A DNA stretch of 22,229 bases, taken from contig JAYEOX010000031.1 of assembly GCA_034723415.1 (NCBI GenBank), positions 1 through 22,229 on the forward strand, read 5' to 3'. This DNA comes from Fidelibacterota bacterium. Lineage in GTDB: Bacteria; Fidelibacterota; Fidelibacteria; Fidelibacterales; Fidelibacteraceae. Shown piece by piece: positions 10,010-19,326 of this stretch. Each line of letters starts with the position of its first letter. Position 1 is the stretch's first letter. The position numbers were made by a program, and so were the translations under genes. The notes beneath the pieces are model-generated. The model ran no database searches, was not told where the DNA came from, and saw nothing but the letters and a program-made list of their open reading frames with translations.

Positions 10010-11305
10010 ATGGCAAAACACACATTAGCAAAAAACATTGACAAATACTTAAATGAAACAGTTACACTCAAGGGATGGGTTTATAACATTAGAAAAAGTG
10101 GCAAAATCTGGTTTTTAATTTTTCGTGATGGCACGGAATTTATTCAATGTGTAATTCTAAAGAATGAGGTTTCACCGGAAGTTTTTGAATTGAAGACTAC
10201 ACTGACACAGGAATCATCTGTTACAATTACAGGTGTTGTCCAAAAAGCATCTAATCAAAAATTTGGTTATGAGATATTAGTAAAAGATATGAAAGTTATT
10301 CAAATTGCTGAGGAATATCCAATTTCCCTCAAAGAGCATGGCATAGAATTTTTATTAGATAATCGTCATTTATGGTTACGCTCTAAATTGCCAAATGCAA
10401 TATTAAAAATTCGTCATGAAGTGAGTAAAGCAAGCAGGAACTTTTTTGATGAACGAGATTTTACTTTAATTGATTCACCAATGTTTACTCCAAATGCATC
10501 AGAAGGCACAACTACTTTATTCAAAACAAAATATTTTGATCAAGAAGCATATTTAACTCAATCCGGGCAATTATATAGTGAAGCAGCGATTATGGGATTT
10601 AATAAAACATATTGTTTTGGACCAATATTCAGAGCGGAAAAATCTAAAACAAGACGACATTTGACAGAATTTTGGATGATCGAACCGGAAATGGCTTTTT
10701 ATGATATCAATGATAATATGAAATTGGCAGAAGAATATGTTAGTTATATTATTCAACAGGTTTTGAAAAACAGAAAAAAAGAGTTGGAAATTTTAGGACG
10801 AAATGTTACAAAATTAAAAAAAATTAAACCACCATTCCCTCGTATAACTTATGATGAAGCAGTAAAGATATTACAACAAAATGGACGTGACTTTAAATGG
10901 GGCGATGACTTTGGTGCACCGGATGAAACTCTTATTGCAAAGGACTTTGACAAACCTGTAATGATTCATCGTTGGCCTGCAAAAACAAAACCATTCTATA
11001 TGAAACGCGATGAAAATGACGATAAATATGTTTTGGGAATGGATATGATAGCTCCGGAAGGACACGGTGAAATTATTGGTGGAAGCCAAAGAGAAGATAA
11101 TCTTGATCTACTTTTAAAACGAATTAAAAATGAAAATTTATCAAAAGAGATGTATAATTGGTATCTTGATCTAAGGAAATACGGTTCAATTCCTCATTCA
11201 GGATTTGGTTTGGGCTTAGAAAGGACTGTCGGTTGGATTTGCGGAATTAAACATATTAGAGAAGCAATTCCATTTCCAAGAACAATGATTCGATTAGCAC
11301 CTTAA
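10010..11305 (+). CDS. asnS: Asparagine--tRNA ligase
   Basis: N-terminal OB fold (GWVYNIR..GKIWFLIFRDG), RHLWLRS, YLTQSGQLY, FRAEKSKTRRHLTEFWM, EIIGGSQRE and PHSGFGLGLER. Confidence 0.96.
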   Translation: MAKHTLAKNIDKYLNETVTLKGWVYNIRKSGKIWFLIFRDGTEFIQCVILKNEVSPEVFELKTTLTQESSVTITGVVQKASNQKFGYEILVKDMKVIQIAEEYPISLKEHGIEFLLDNRHLWLRSKLPNAILKIRHEVSKASRNFFDERDFTLIDSPMFTPNASEGTTTLFKTKYFDQEAYLTQSGQLYSEAAIMGFNKTYCFGPIFRAEKSKTRRHLTEFWMIEPEMAFYDINDNMKLAEEYVSYIIQQVLKNRKKELEILGRNVTKLKKIKPPFPRITYDEAVKILQQNGRDFKWGDDFGAPDETLIAKDFDKPVMIHRWPAKTKPFYMKRDENDDKYVLGMDMIAPEGHGEIIGGSQREDNLDLLLKRIKNENLSKEMYNWYLDLRKYGSIPHSGFGLGLERTVGWICGIKHIREAIPFPRTMIRLAP

Positions 11306-11328
11306 CAAATAAGGAAATATACAAAATT

Positions 11329-12438
11329 ATGAATTGGCAAGAAGAACTAAAAACAAACATTACAAAAATTAACGAATTACAAAAGTTTGTTAATTTGGAC
11401 AAAAATGAAATAGAAAAATTGAAGGAAGTTGTAAAGCATCATCCTATGAATATTTCCCGATATTATTTATCATTAATTGATAAAAACAACGAAAATGATC
11501 CAATTAAAAAAATGATGATACCCTCAGTAGAGGAATTAATCCCCGGTGGCGATTATGATCCAAGTAAAGAAAAGTCAAATACAAAATTAGTTGGATTGCA
11601 ACATAAATACAGTGAAACGGCACTATTATTAGCAACGAATAGATGTGCATCATATTGTAGATATTGTTTCAGAAAAAGGATGGTAGCTCTTACAACAGGT
11701 GAAATTGCAAAAAAATATCATGATGCAATCAAATATATTAAAAATCATAATGAAATAACTAATGTTCTAATAAGTGGTGGAGATCCACTTACCTTACCTA
11801 CAAAACTTTTAAAAACACTTTTATCAAAACTCTCTCAAATTGAACATTTGAATTTCATTCGCATTGGCACCAAGGTCCCTGTTTCCTTTCCAAATAGAAT
11901 CATCAATGATAATGAATTATTAGAGTTGCTTAAAACAATTAATCAAAAAAAGAGAGTTTACATTACAACACATTTTAACCATAATAATGAAATAACAGAG
12001 AAATCTACAAATGCAATTGCAATGTTAATAAAATCCGGAATTCTTGTTAATAATCAATCTGTATTATTAAAAGGTGTAAATGATAATGCACAAGAATTAG
12101 GTTCATTACAGAAAAATTTAGTCAAAATAGGAATAAATCCATATTACATATTCCAATGCAGACCTGTGGCAAGAGTAAAAAATCATTTTCAAGTTCCAAT
12201 ATATGAGGGTATTAAAATTACCGAAGAAGCCAAAAAATATATGGATGGATACAGTAAAAAATTCAGATATATATTATCTCATACAGCGGGAAAATTTCAT
12301 GTGTTAGGCAAAGATGATAAAATGATCTACCTTAAACATTATGAAGTAAAAGACAAAAATTATTATGGAAAGATATTCAGCAGAAAAATTGATAAAAATG
12401 CCACTTGGTTAAGTGAAAAAGGATTTAAATTAATTTAA
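11329..12438 (+). CDS. KamA-family radical SAM protein (2,3-aminomutase-like)
   Basis: GLQHKY, CASYCRYCFRKR (CX3CX2C), LISGGDPL, THFNH, NQSVLLKGVND and PYYIFQC motifs. Confidence 0.92.
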   Translation: MNWQEELKTNITKINELQKFVNLDKNEIEKLKEVVKHHPMNISRYYLSLIDKNNENDPIKKMMIPSVEELIPGGDYDPSKEKSNTKLVGLQHKYSETALLLATNRCASYCRYCFRKRMVALTTGEIAKKYHDAIKYIKNHNEITNVLISGGDPLTLPTKLLKTLLSKLSQIEHLNFIRIGTKVPVSFPNRIINDNELLELLKTINQKKRVYITTHFNHNNEITEKSTNAIAMLIKSGILVNNQSVLLKGVNDNAQELGSLQKNLVKIGINPYYIFQCRPVARVKNHFQVPIYEGIKITEEAKKYMDGYSKKFRYILSHTAGKFHVLGKDDKMIYLKHYEVKDKNYYGKIFSRKIDKNATWLSEKGFKLI

Positions 12439-12451
12439 CAATTCACAAAAA

Positions 12452-12928
12452 ATGAAAATATCACAATTAAAGAATTATCCATTAATAGCCGTATTCGGAG
12501 GACGAAAGGCGGAACCAAATACTTTAGAGGAAGCATATAATTTTGGAAAATCTGCTGCAAAAAACAATTGGATAATTCTTTGTGGTGGCAAAGGTGGCGT
12601 AATGGAATCCGTTTGTAAAGGTGTCTCCGAATCAAATGGATTAAGTATCGGAATTTTAACTGGTAATGATAAAAAATCCGCTAATCCTTTTGTAAGTATT
12701 CCACTTGCAACCGGTGTCGGTGTATCTCGTAATCAGATAATAGCTCGTGCTTGTGATTTTGCTATTGCTATTGGTGGCCATTACGGAACACTTTCTGAAA
12801 TTGCTTATGCACTTCAAATGAACAAAAAAATTATTTCATTAAATTCTTGGAATATCAAAGGAATGAAAAAGGCAAAAAATCACAAAGAAGCAATAGAAAT
12901 AATAAAACAATGGTTGTCAAAAAAATGA
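12452..12928 (+). CDS. LOG-superfamily nucleotide-binding protein (TIGR00725-like)
   Basis: CGGKGGVMESVCKG, SANPFV, RNQII and GTLSEIAYAL motifs. Confidence 0.88.
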   Translation: MKISQLKNYPLIAVFGGRKAEPNTLEEAYNFGKSAAKNNWIILCGGKGGVMESVCKGVSESNGLSIGILTGNDKKSANPFVSIPLATGVGVSRNQIIARACDFAIAIGGHYGTLSEIAYALQMNKKIISLNSWNIKGMKKAKNHKEAIEIIKQWLSKK

Positions 12929-13785
12929 AATTAGGAATAATCGCAAATACTACGAAAATCAAATCTTGCTCGGAGTTTTTTGTAAAGTTCATTGACTGGT
13001 TAAATGACAATAATGTAGATTTTTCTGTAGAAAATGAATTAGCAACTTTTCTACCAAATTCATATAAAATAAAAAGATTAGACGAAAATCAAATGTTTAT
13101 TGATTCCGATATTATCGTTGTAATTGGAGGTGACGGAACAATACTTTCTACAGTAAGAAAAACAAATACTCTCGAAAAACCAATTATAGGAATTCATATT
13201 GGTAGATTAGGTTTCTTGGCAGAAATTACAATGTCAAATTTTAAAGATTACTTTACAAAAATCATTAAGGGAAAATATTCAATAGAAAAAAGATCAATTT
13301 TAAAAGCAACAGTAATTTCCAAAAATGAAACAACAACATTCTTTGCATTAAATGATTTTGTTGTTTCAAAAAGTAATACTCCCCGAATGATAGAATTTCA
13401 AGTTGATATTAATGATATGTTTATGAATGCATTCAAAGCCGATGGATTAATTATTTCCACTCCAACCGGTTCTACCGCCTATTCCCTTTCGAACAATGGA
13501 CCAATTTTGACGCCTGACCTAAAAGGAATAATTCTCAACCCGATTTGCCCTCATATTCTTACAAATCGACCAATGGTAATAACAGATGATAAAAAAATTA
13601 AAATTAATTTTATAAATAAATCAGATGAATGTATTTTTACCGGCGATGGACAAAGTGATATCAAGTTAAATTATCATTCACAAATATATATTGAAAAAGC
13701 AAGATTCCACGCAAATCTTATAAGAATAGCAGGAAGTAACTATTTTAAGACATTAAGAAATAAATTAAGATGGGGGATAAATTAA
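12925..13785 (+). CDS. nadK: NAD(+) kinase
   Basis: GGDGT, GRLGFL, ALND and DGLIISTPTGSTAYSLS motifs. Start moved to the ATG at 12925, which overlaps the upstream stop as ATGA. Confidence 0.95.
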   Translation: MKLGIIANTTKIKSCSEFFVKFIDWLNDNNVDFSVENELATFLPNSYKIKRLDENQMFIDSDIIVVIGGDGTILSTVRKTNTLEKPIIGIHIGRLGFLAEITMSNFKDYFTKIIKGKYSIEKRSILKATVISKNETTTFFALNDFVVSKSNTPRMIEFQVDINDMFMNAFKADGLIISTPTGSTAYSLSNNGPILTPDLKGIILNPICPHILTNRPMVITDDKKIKINFINKSDECIFTGDGQSDIKLNYHSQIYIEKARFHANLIRIAGSNYFKTLRNKLRWGIN

Positions 13786-13786
13786 G

Positions 13787-14143
13787 ATGGAAACGATCAG
13801 ATTGAAAAATATGATATTTTATGGATTCCACGGTGTTGAAAAAGAAGAAAAGAAATTGGGAGGACGATTTGAAGTTGATATCACATTAAAATGTGATTTG
13901 CGCAAAGCTATGGCATCAGATTCTCTAAAAGATACAATAAATTATGAAGCTGTTCATGATGAAGTGAAGAAAATTATTACATCTGAAAAGAATCATCATC
14001 TTTTAGAAACAGTTGCCGGTATAGTATGCAAAAATATCAAATCAAAATTTCCATTAGTAGAAACAGTTATTGCAACTATTCGTAAGCCAAACGTTCCTAT
14101 ACAAGGTGTGATAGATACTGTTGAAGTTGAAGTGAGTTTGTAA
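13787..14143 (+). CDS. folB: Dihydroneopterin aldolase
   Basis: FYGFHGV..EE, FEVDI, D.LKDTINY, LLETVA and RKPNVPI motifs. Confidence 0.93.
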   Translation: METIRLKNMIFYGFHGVEKEEKKLGGRFEVDITLKCDLRKAMASDSLKDTINYEAVHDEVKKIITSEKNHHLLETVAGIVCKNIKSKFPLVETVIATIRKPNVPIQGVIDTVEVEVSL

Positions 14144-14152
14144 AATTAAAAA

Positions 14153-14524
14153 ATGAAACTAATAAAAATAGTAATCATAATTCTATTTTTTGTTATAATC
14201 TTGATTGCACAAGACAAGGTTTTTTTTGATGAAAACACTCCTTTTCTAGATAAAATTTACAATGTGCTCAAAAAAAATAATTATATTTTAACAAAAGATT
14301 CTGCTAATGCAAATTATTATGGTGAAATAACTACCAAAAATAAAAAAGATTCAACACAATGTATGGTAATGATAAAAAATGAATATGAAAAAAATATAAT
14401 TGGAAGTTTTTCGATGGAACTAATAAAAAAAACAGAAGTAAAAAAAAATGTGAAAAAATATGCTTTTTTTGGTTTTTTACTTAATAGTCTAATGATAATA
14501 TTATATTTTATTAGGTCAACATAG
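14153..14524 (+). CDS. Hypothetical protein with signal peptide and C-terminal TM helix
   Basis: In-operon spacing; basic then hydrophobic N-terminus ending LIA-Q; hydrophobic C-terminus. Confidence 0.7.
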   Translation: MKLIKIVIIILFFVIILIAQDKVFFDENTPFLDKIYNVLKKNNYILTKDSANANYYGEITTKNKKDSTQCMVMIKNEYEKNIIGSFSMELIKKTEVKKNVKKYAFFGFLLNSLMIILYFIRST

Positions 14525-14537
14525 GGGAAATAAATTA

Positions 14538-15149
14538 ATGAAAAAAATACTGTTTATAATTTTCTTGAACATTATAATGATTACTAATATTTTTAGTCAG
14601 GATAACTTTGACAAAAAAAATATTCTAAAAAGTATCGTCTTACCCGGTTGGGGAGAATTGAGTTACAATAAAACCCGTAGTAAAATGTTTTTGGTCTCCG
14701 AATTAACAATGTGGGTGTCGTTATTCACTTTTAATAAATATAATGATATTCAAGATCAGGATATGAGAAATTATGCGGAAATTCATTCAGGAGCTGAAGA
14801 ATTTTCCACTGAATCTCAATATTGGGTTGATCTTGGAAATTATTTTAGTTATCAAGATCATAAAAGCGAAATGCTTGAGATGAGAACACCGGAAAAAATT
14901 TACGATGTAAAATACGAGTGGGACTGGGACACTCATACCAATGCTAATAAATATCGTGATATGAGAATTGATCGCGACCAGTCATTATTAAGAGCAAAAT
15001 TTGCTGCCGGCGGACTTGTTTTAAATAGAATAATTAGTGCGATTGATGTAATATATCTATCAAATAAACAAAATCATATTAACTCTTCCCTATTGCTCAA
15101 TCATGATAATACTACTTTTAAAATCTCAATTCCACTTAATTTATTTTAA
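14538..15149 (+). CDS. Hypothetical exported/membrane protein (SxxxPGWG motif, DUF5683-like)
   Basis: Signal peptide, KSIVLPGWGE and NRIISAID motifs, aromatic C-terminus; GGGG SD-like sequence upstream. Confidence 0.72.
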   Translation: MKKILFIIFLNIIMITNIFSQDNFDKKNILKSIVLPGWGELSYNKTRSKMFLVSELTMWVSLFTFNKYNDIQDQDMRNYAEIHSGAEEFSTESQYWVDLGNYFSYQDHKSEMLEMRTPEKIYDVKYEWDWDTHTNANKYRDMRIDRDQSLLRAKFAAGGLVLNRIISAIDVIYLSNKQNHINSSLLLNHDNTTFKISIPLNLF

Positions 15150-15159
15150 TTAATTACCA

Positions 15160-15810
15160 TTGAATATTTTTAAAAATAACAGCGTTTTGTTGTCTTTTAC
15201 AATTGTATATTTAATTGTATTTACCTTTATTTCATCATTAGCAGGACAGTTTTTAGGTTTGATACCTATTTTTATTATTGTACTTTTCGATAATTCAAGA
15301 AATAAGATCTTTAAATCGTTTAAAAAATTTTCTATCCTTATTATTTTCACATTACTAATTCATCTTTTTTTTAGGTTTGATCCAAATAATTATTTTAATG
15401 ATCTATTAAGCAAAGATTTGTGGATTAAGAGTTTATTTTTCACAATACGAAATGTAAATATTATTTTATTAATGATCTGGTTCATAAATTCAATGTCTAA
15501 AATAGATTACTATAGTTCATTGAATTCATTGCAGAAAAAATTTTTGAAATTCAAAATTAATCTATCTTTTTTAATTCAACCATTAATAATTGGCTTAAGA
15601 TATTTTGATATTATTCACACAGAATTAAAATCATTACAACAAATACACAGAATTATGGGAATGAAGAAACCTACTAAAATAACTAAGAAAATAAAATACT
15701 ATTCAGGTCTAATTTTACCATTAATTATTAACTCAATAGAGAGAGCTGAAATATTATCAATTGCTTTAACCACTCGTAAATATAATTATTCAACTAAAGA
15801 TAATCTATGA
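15160..15810 (+). CDS. ECF transporter T-component-like (EcfT/CbiQ) membrane protein
   Basis: Hydrophobic N-terminal helices, then IGLRYF and LPLIINSIERAEILSIALTTR resembling the EcfT coupling helices; directly upstream of truA. TTG start uncertain. Confidence 0.7.
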   Translation: MNIFKNNSVLLSFTIVYLIVFTFISSLAGQFLGLIPIFIIVLFDNSRNKIFKSFKKFSILIIFTLLIHLFFRFDPNNYFNDLLSKDLWIKSLFFTIRNVNIILLMIWFINSMSKIDYYSSLNSLQKKFLKFKINLSFLIQPLIIGLRYFDIIHTELKSLQQIHRIMGMKKPTKITKKIKYYSGLILPLIINSIERAEILSIALTTRKYNYSTKDNL

Positions 15811-16583
15811 AACCAAATGAATCTTCAAATAATATTTTCGTCCTTGAAGTGGAATATGATGGTGCAAATTATGCCGGTTTTCAAATCCAGCCAAATGTAA
15901 AAACTGTCCAAGGTGAATTGCAAAAAGCATTGGAAAATATATATCAAACTAAAATCACAATAAAGGCCTCGGGAAGAACAGATGCAGGAGTCCATGCAAA
16001 ACGACAAATTTTTCATTTCACACCACCAAAATTAATTAAAAATATTAATTTAAAACTTGCAATAAATTCACAGATAAACAGAGATATTAGAATAAGAAAA
16101 GTCGGAATAGCAAATTTAAATTTTCATTCAAGATTTTCGGCTATTGAAAGAACTTATAAATATTATATATTATTAAAAAAAGACATCTTTAGCCGAAATT
16201 ATTCATGGCAAATTAATTATGATATTAATGTAAAATATTTAAAAAAATGTGCAAAGATTGTCAAAGGCGAACATGACTTCACAGCTTTTTGCAATTCAAG
16301 TTCAGAAATAAACCATAAATTATGTGTTGTAAAAAAAAGTAACTGGAAAATAAAAAATAATTCACTGATTTATACAATCACAGCAAATAGATTTCTACAT
16401 AATATGGTAAGGTCATTAGTTGGACTAATGATAAAAGTTGGAAATGGTGAAAAAACAGTTGATAATTTTAGGAAAATATTAGGAGATAAAATCAGACATT
16501 TTGATATTTATACAGCACCACCACAGGGATTATTTTTAGAAAAAGTTCGTTATAATAATGAAATCCGATGGATAATTAAGTAA
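15807..16583 (+). CDS. truA: tRNA pseudouridine(38-40) synthase
   Basis: EYDGANYAGFQIQ, SGRTDAGVHA, FHSRFSA..R.Y.Y, FLHNMVR and TAPPQGLFL motifs. Confidence 0.97.
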   Translation: MKPNESSNNIFVLEVEYDGANYAGFQIQPNVKTVQGELQKALENIYQTKITIKASGRTDAGVHAKRQIFHFTPPKLIKNINLKLAINSQINRDIRIRKVGIANLNFHSRFSAIERTYKYYILLKKDIFSRNYSWQINYDINVKYLKKCAKIVKGEHDFTAFCNSSSEINHKLCVVKKSNWKIKNNSLIYTITANRFLHNMVRSLVGLMIKVGNGEKTVDNFRKILGDKIRHFDIYTAPPQGLFLEKVRYNNEIRWIIK

Positions 16584-16615
16584 AAAGTGAGAAGATGCAA
16601 AAAAACGACTAAGCG

Positions 16616-16656
16616 AAGTTGCAACTTTGAAACTTTATGACTTTGTGAGAAAAGTC
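16616..16656. repeat. 12-bp palindrome plus three 8-bp tandem units
   Basis: AAGTTGCAACTT (16616-16627); CTTTGAAA CTTTATGA CTTTGTGA (16625-16648); small GACTTT/AAAGTC stem (16639-16656). Confidence 0.55.
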
Positions 16657-16758
16657 CTAACTTTAATTTGTGACTAAATATTATTATTTTTGTAATTTTT
16701 AATAATAATTCGTATTTTAATATAATGAAAATTAAAAATAACATATTTGGAAAATAAA

Positions 16759-17931
16759 ATGACAAATTCTTTTAAACGCACTTTAACATCTCTTCTCATT
16801 TTATCACTATTTGCAATTATTATCGTTATGATTTTTCACAATTATTCCTTAATAAAAGAAATTCAAAAGCCAAATCCACAAAATAAACAAATTGTAAATA
16901 CAAATATTTCCCTTGAACGACAAAATGCCATCACACAAATAATTGAAAAATGTAGTCCCGCAATTGTTGGGATTCATGTTACACAAATAAAAAAATATAC
17001 ACAAAATAATTATTTTAATGATCCATTTTTTGATCAATTTTTCCCACCTAAAATATATAATAAAAAAGTAAAAAGTATGGGAAGTGGAGTAATAATTTCA
17101 GAAGATGGTTTGATTTTGACCAATGCTCATGTAGTTGGCACAAATGCTCTTGAAATAGTTGTTTCTTCAACAACCGGAGAAAAATTTAATGCAGAAATAA
17201 TAGGTATTGATGCTTTGTCAGATATTGCAGTATTAAAAATTAAAAAGAAAAATTGTCCATTTTTAAAAATGGGTAGTAGCGATGAAATTATAATTGGAGA
17301 ATGGGTCGTAGCATTAGGAAATCCGTTTGGATTATTTGATGTAAATTTTCAACCGGTGGCAACCATTGGAATAATCAGTAGTACTAATCTTGATTTCGGT
17401 GAGCAACAAAGTGGACGAGTATATCAAGATATGATCCAAACAGATGCAAGTATTAATTCTGGAAATAGCGGAGGTGCATTGGTAAATGTTTTTGGAGAAA
17501 TTATTGGAATTAACACTTTTATCTTTAGTGGCGGCTCTTCTTCAGGATCCATAGGAATTGGATTTGCAATTCCAATAAATCGAGTCAAAGAAATTACTGA
17601 TGAACTGATAAAAAGTGGAAAAATTGATCGTGGCTTTGACACAGGCTTGATAGTACAAATATTAAATCCATACATAATAAATTATTTAAAGATTCCGGTT
17701 AAATATGGTGTAATTATTACTGACATCAAAAGGAATAGTTCAGCAACAAAAACAGATTTACAAATCGGAGATGTTATTTTAGAGGTAAATGAACAAAAGG
17801 TAAGAAATGATCGGGATATATATCGTATTATAAACGAAAATTTTCTCAGAGCAGGAGATAATATTCTTTTAACAATTTGGCGTGAAGGGAAAAAACATAA
17901 AATAAATCTCCCTTTAGAAAAATCGAAATAA
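16759..17931 (+). CDS. HtrA/DegP-family serine protease, N-terminal TM, one PDZ domain
   Basis: GSGVII, TNAHVV (His), SDIAVL (Asp), IQTDASINSGNSGG (Ser) and a C-terminal PDZ. ATG at 16759 preferred over TTG at 16747. Confidence 0.95.
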   Translation: MTNSFKRTLTSLLILSLFAIIIVMIFHNYSLIKEIQKPNPQNKQIVNTNISLERQNAITQIIEKCSPAIVGIHVTQIKKYTQNNYFNDPFFDQFFPPKIYNKKVKSMGSGVIISEDGLILTNAHVVGTNALEIVVSSTTGEKFNAEIIGIDALSDIAVLKIKKKNCPFLKMGSSDEIIIGEWVVALGNPFGLFDVNFQPVATIGIISSTNLDFGEQQSGRVYQDMIQTDASINSGNSGGALVNVFGEIIGINTFIFSGGSSSGSIGIGFAIPINRVKEITDELIKSGKIDRGFDTGLIVQILNPYIINYLKIPVKYGVIITDIKRNSSATKTDLQIGDVILEVNEQKVRNDRDIYRIINENFLRAGDNILLTIWREGKKHKINLPLEKSK

Positions 17932-17955
17932 GGAAATAAGCACGAAAATATTTTA

Positions 17956-17984
17956 TTGACTTTTTAAATTAATTTAATTAAAAT
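17956..17984 (+). promoter_or_regulatory. Sigma70 promoter upstream of the GNAT gene
   Basis: TTGACT-N17-TAAAAT, followed by a GGAGG SD at 17998-18002 and a TTG start at 18013. Confidence 0.65.
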
Positions 17985-18012
17985 ACTTAAAACATCAGGA
18001 GGGAATGATATT

Positions 18013-19128
18013 TTGAAAATTATATTAGTAAAAGACAGAAAGACAAAAAAACAATTTATTCGATTACCTTGGGAAATTTATGAAAATGATCCCAATTGGG
18101 TGCAACCACTTATTATGCAAGAAAAAGAAAAGTTCAATAAAAATAAATCCCCATTTTTTGAGCATTCAGAAGCAGATTTTTTCATTGCAGAAAAAGACGG
18201 AGATATTGTTGGTAGAATTGCTGCTATAAAAAATAATAATCATTTAAAAGTTTACAACGATGATACCGGTTTTTTCGGCTTTTTTGAGTCAATAAATGAT
18301 CAAACTGTTGCTAATGCACTTTTTGATACTGCAAACAATTGGTTAAAAGAGAGAGGACTAAAAAAGATCAGAGGCCCTGAGAATTATTCTCAAAATGAGG
18401 AAGCGGGATTATTAATTGATGCTTTTGATTTGCCACCCGTAATAATGATGACTTATAATCCCCCCTATTATATTAATTTAATTGAAAATTATGGATTTAA
18501 AAAGGAAATGGACCTTTATGCTTATAACATTAAAAATATAAAACAAATTCCTTCTCGCTTAAAAAAAGCCGTTTCTTTAACAAAAAGAAGATATAATTAT
18601 AATATCAGAAAAGTAAATGTAAAAAATATTGATGCTGAAATCGAAAAGATAAAATCAGTCTATGATACTGCTTGGTCGGAAAATTGGGGTGCTGTGCCAT
18701 TTACTAAATCTGAAATAGAACACCTGAAAAAGGAACTAATACAAATATTAATTCCTGATTTGGCATTCATTGCTGAAATTGATAATAAACCTGTAGGTGT
18801 TTCAATAACAGTTCCGGATATCAATGAGGCATTAATAAAAATAAATGGTCGCCTTTTTCCTTTGGGACTTTTTAAACTTCTATGGTACCAAAGAAAGATT
18901 AATGGTGTTAGAGTACTTATATTAGGAATAATCCCCGGGCAACGAAATAAAGGTATTGATACAGCATTATACCATGAAACTTTTAAGAATACTATTAATA
19001 AAGGATTTAACAAGGGGGAAATGTCATGGATATTGGAAAATAATCATCCAATGCGTAATGCTTTAGAAAAAATATATGGTGCAAAAATATATAAAACTTA
19101 TAGAATTTATCAACAACAAATTAATTAA
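18013..19128 (+). CDS. Double-GNAT N-acyltransferase, bacterial ceramide synthase (bCerS/YghO)-like
   Basis: FIRLPWEIY..DPNWVQPL, VGRIAA, GFFGFFE, YNPPYY, AWSENWG..P, PDINEAL and EMSWILENN..M motifs. Family recognised by eye; specific function inferred. Confidence 0.8.
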   Translation: MKIILVKDRKTKKQFIRLPWEIYENDPNWVQPLIMQEKEKFNKNKSPFFEHSEADFFIAEKDGDIVGRIAAIKNNNHLKVYNDDTGFFGFFESINDQTVANALFDTANNWLKERGLKKIRGPENYSQNEEAGLLIDAFDLPPVIMMTYNPPYYINLIENYGFKKEMDLYAYNIKNIKQIPSRLKKAVSLTKRRYNYNIRKVNVKNIDAEIEKIKSVYDTAWSENWGAVPFTKSEIEHLKKELIQILIPDLAFIAEIDNKPVGVSITVPDINEALIKINGRLFPLGLFKLLWYQRKINGVRVLILGIIPGQRNKGIDTALYHETFKNTINKGFNKGEMSWILENNHPMRNALEKIYGAKIYKTYRIYQQQIN

Positions 19129-19159
19129 TCACGAATAACAATGAATGACAATTTAAGAG

Positions 19160-19183
19160 GGTTAGAAGGTTAGGAGGTTAGAA
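19160..19183. repeat. 8-bp tandem repeat x3
   Basis: GGTTAGAA GGTTAGGA GGTTAGAA. Confidence 0.85.
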
Positions 19184-19185
19184 TA

Positions 19186-19317
19186 TACCGTGCACAAAAG
19201 TGTGTCTAAATCAATGACAATTAATAACAACAAATGACTACAAATGACAATAAATGACAATCAATGACAACAAATTCCTCTGCGTCTTCTTGCACTGAGC
19301 TTGTCGAAGTGTGCGGT
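19186..19317 (+). repeat. Composite repeat element, left copy
   Basis: 25-bp arm TACCGTGCACAAAAGTGTGTCTAAA (19186-19210), six decamers of consensus NNAATGACAA (19211-19270), AAATTCCTCTGCGTCTT, then a REP-like motif and GCGGT. Confidence 0.85.
19293..19311. repeat. REP-like motif CACTGAGCTTGTCGAAGTG
   Basis: GC-rich island with CACT/AGTG closing arms around GAGCTTGTCGA. It resembles the CTTCGACAAGCTCAG dispersed repeat I recall from Bacteroidota-type genomes. Confidence 0.6.
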
Positions 19318-19326
19318 AAAGTAAAA

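Noticed and set aside
10010..12438. EpmA/EpmB EF-P modification pair
   Set aside because: The synthetase retains its anticodon-binding OB fold and AsnRS motifs, whereas EpmA is a LysRS-like catalytic domain only. No efp gene is nearby.
12847..12924. N-terminal extension of NAD kinase
   Set aside because: It overlaps the upstream gene out of frame; the ATGA-coupled start at 12925 gives a typical N-terminus.
19211..19270. CRISPR array
   Set aside because: The units are contiguous degenerate 10-mers without spacers, and there are no cas genes.
19264..19326. 21-aa N-terminal extension of the PAP2 ORF
   Set aside because: It is translated repeat/REP sequence (SSASSCTELVEVCG); the ATG at 19327 is more plausible, though unproven.
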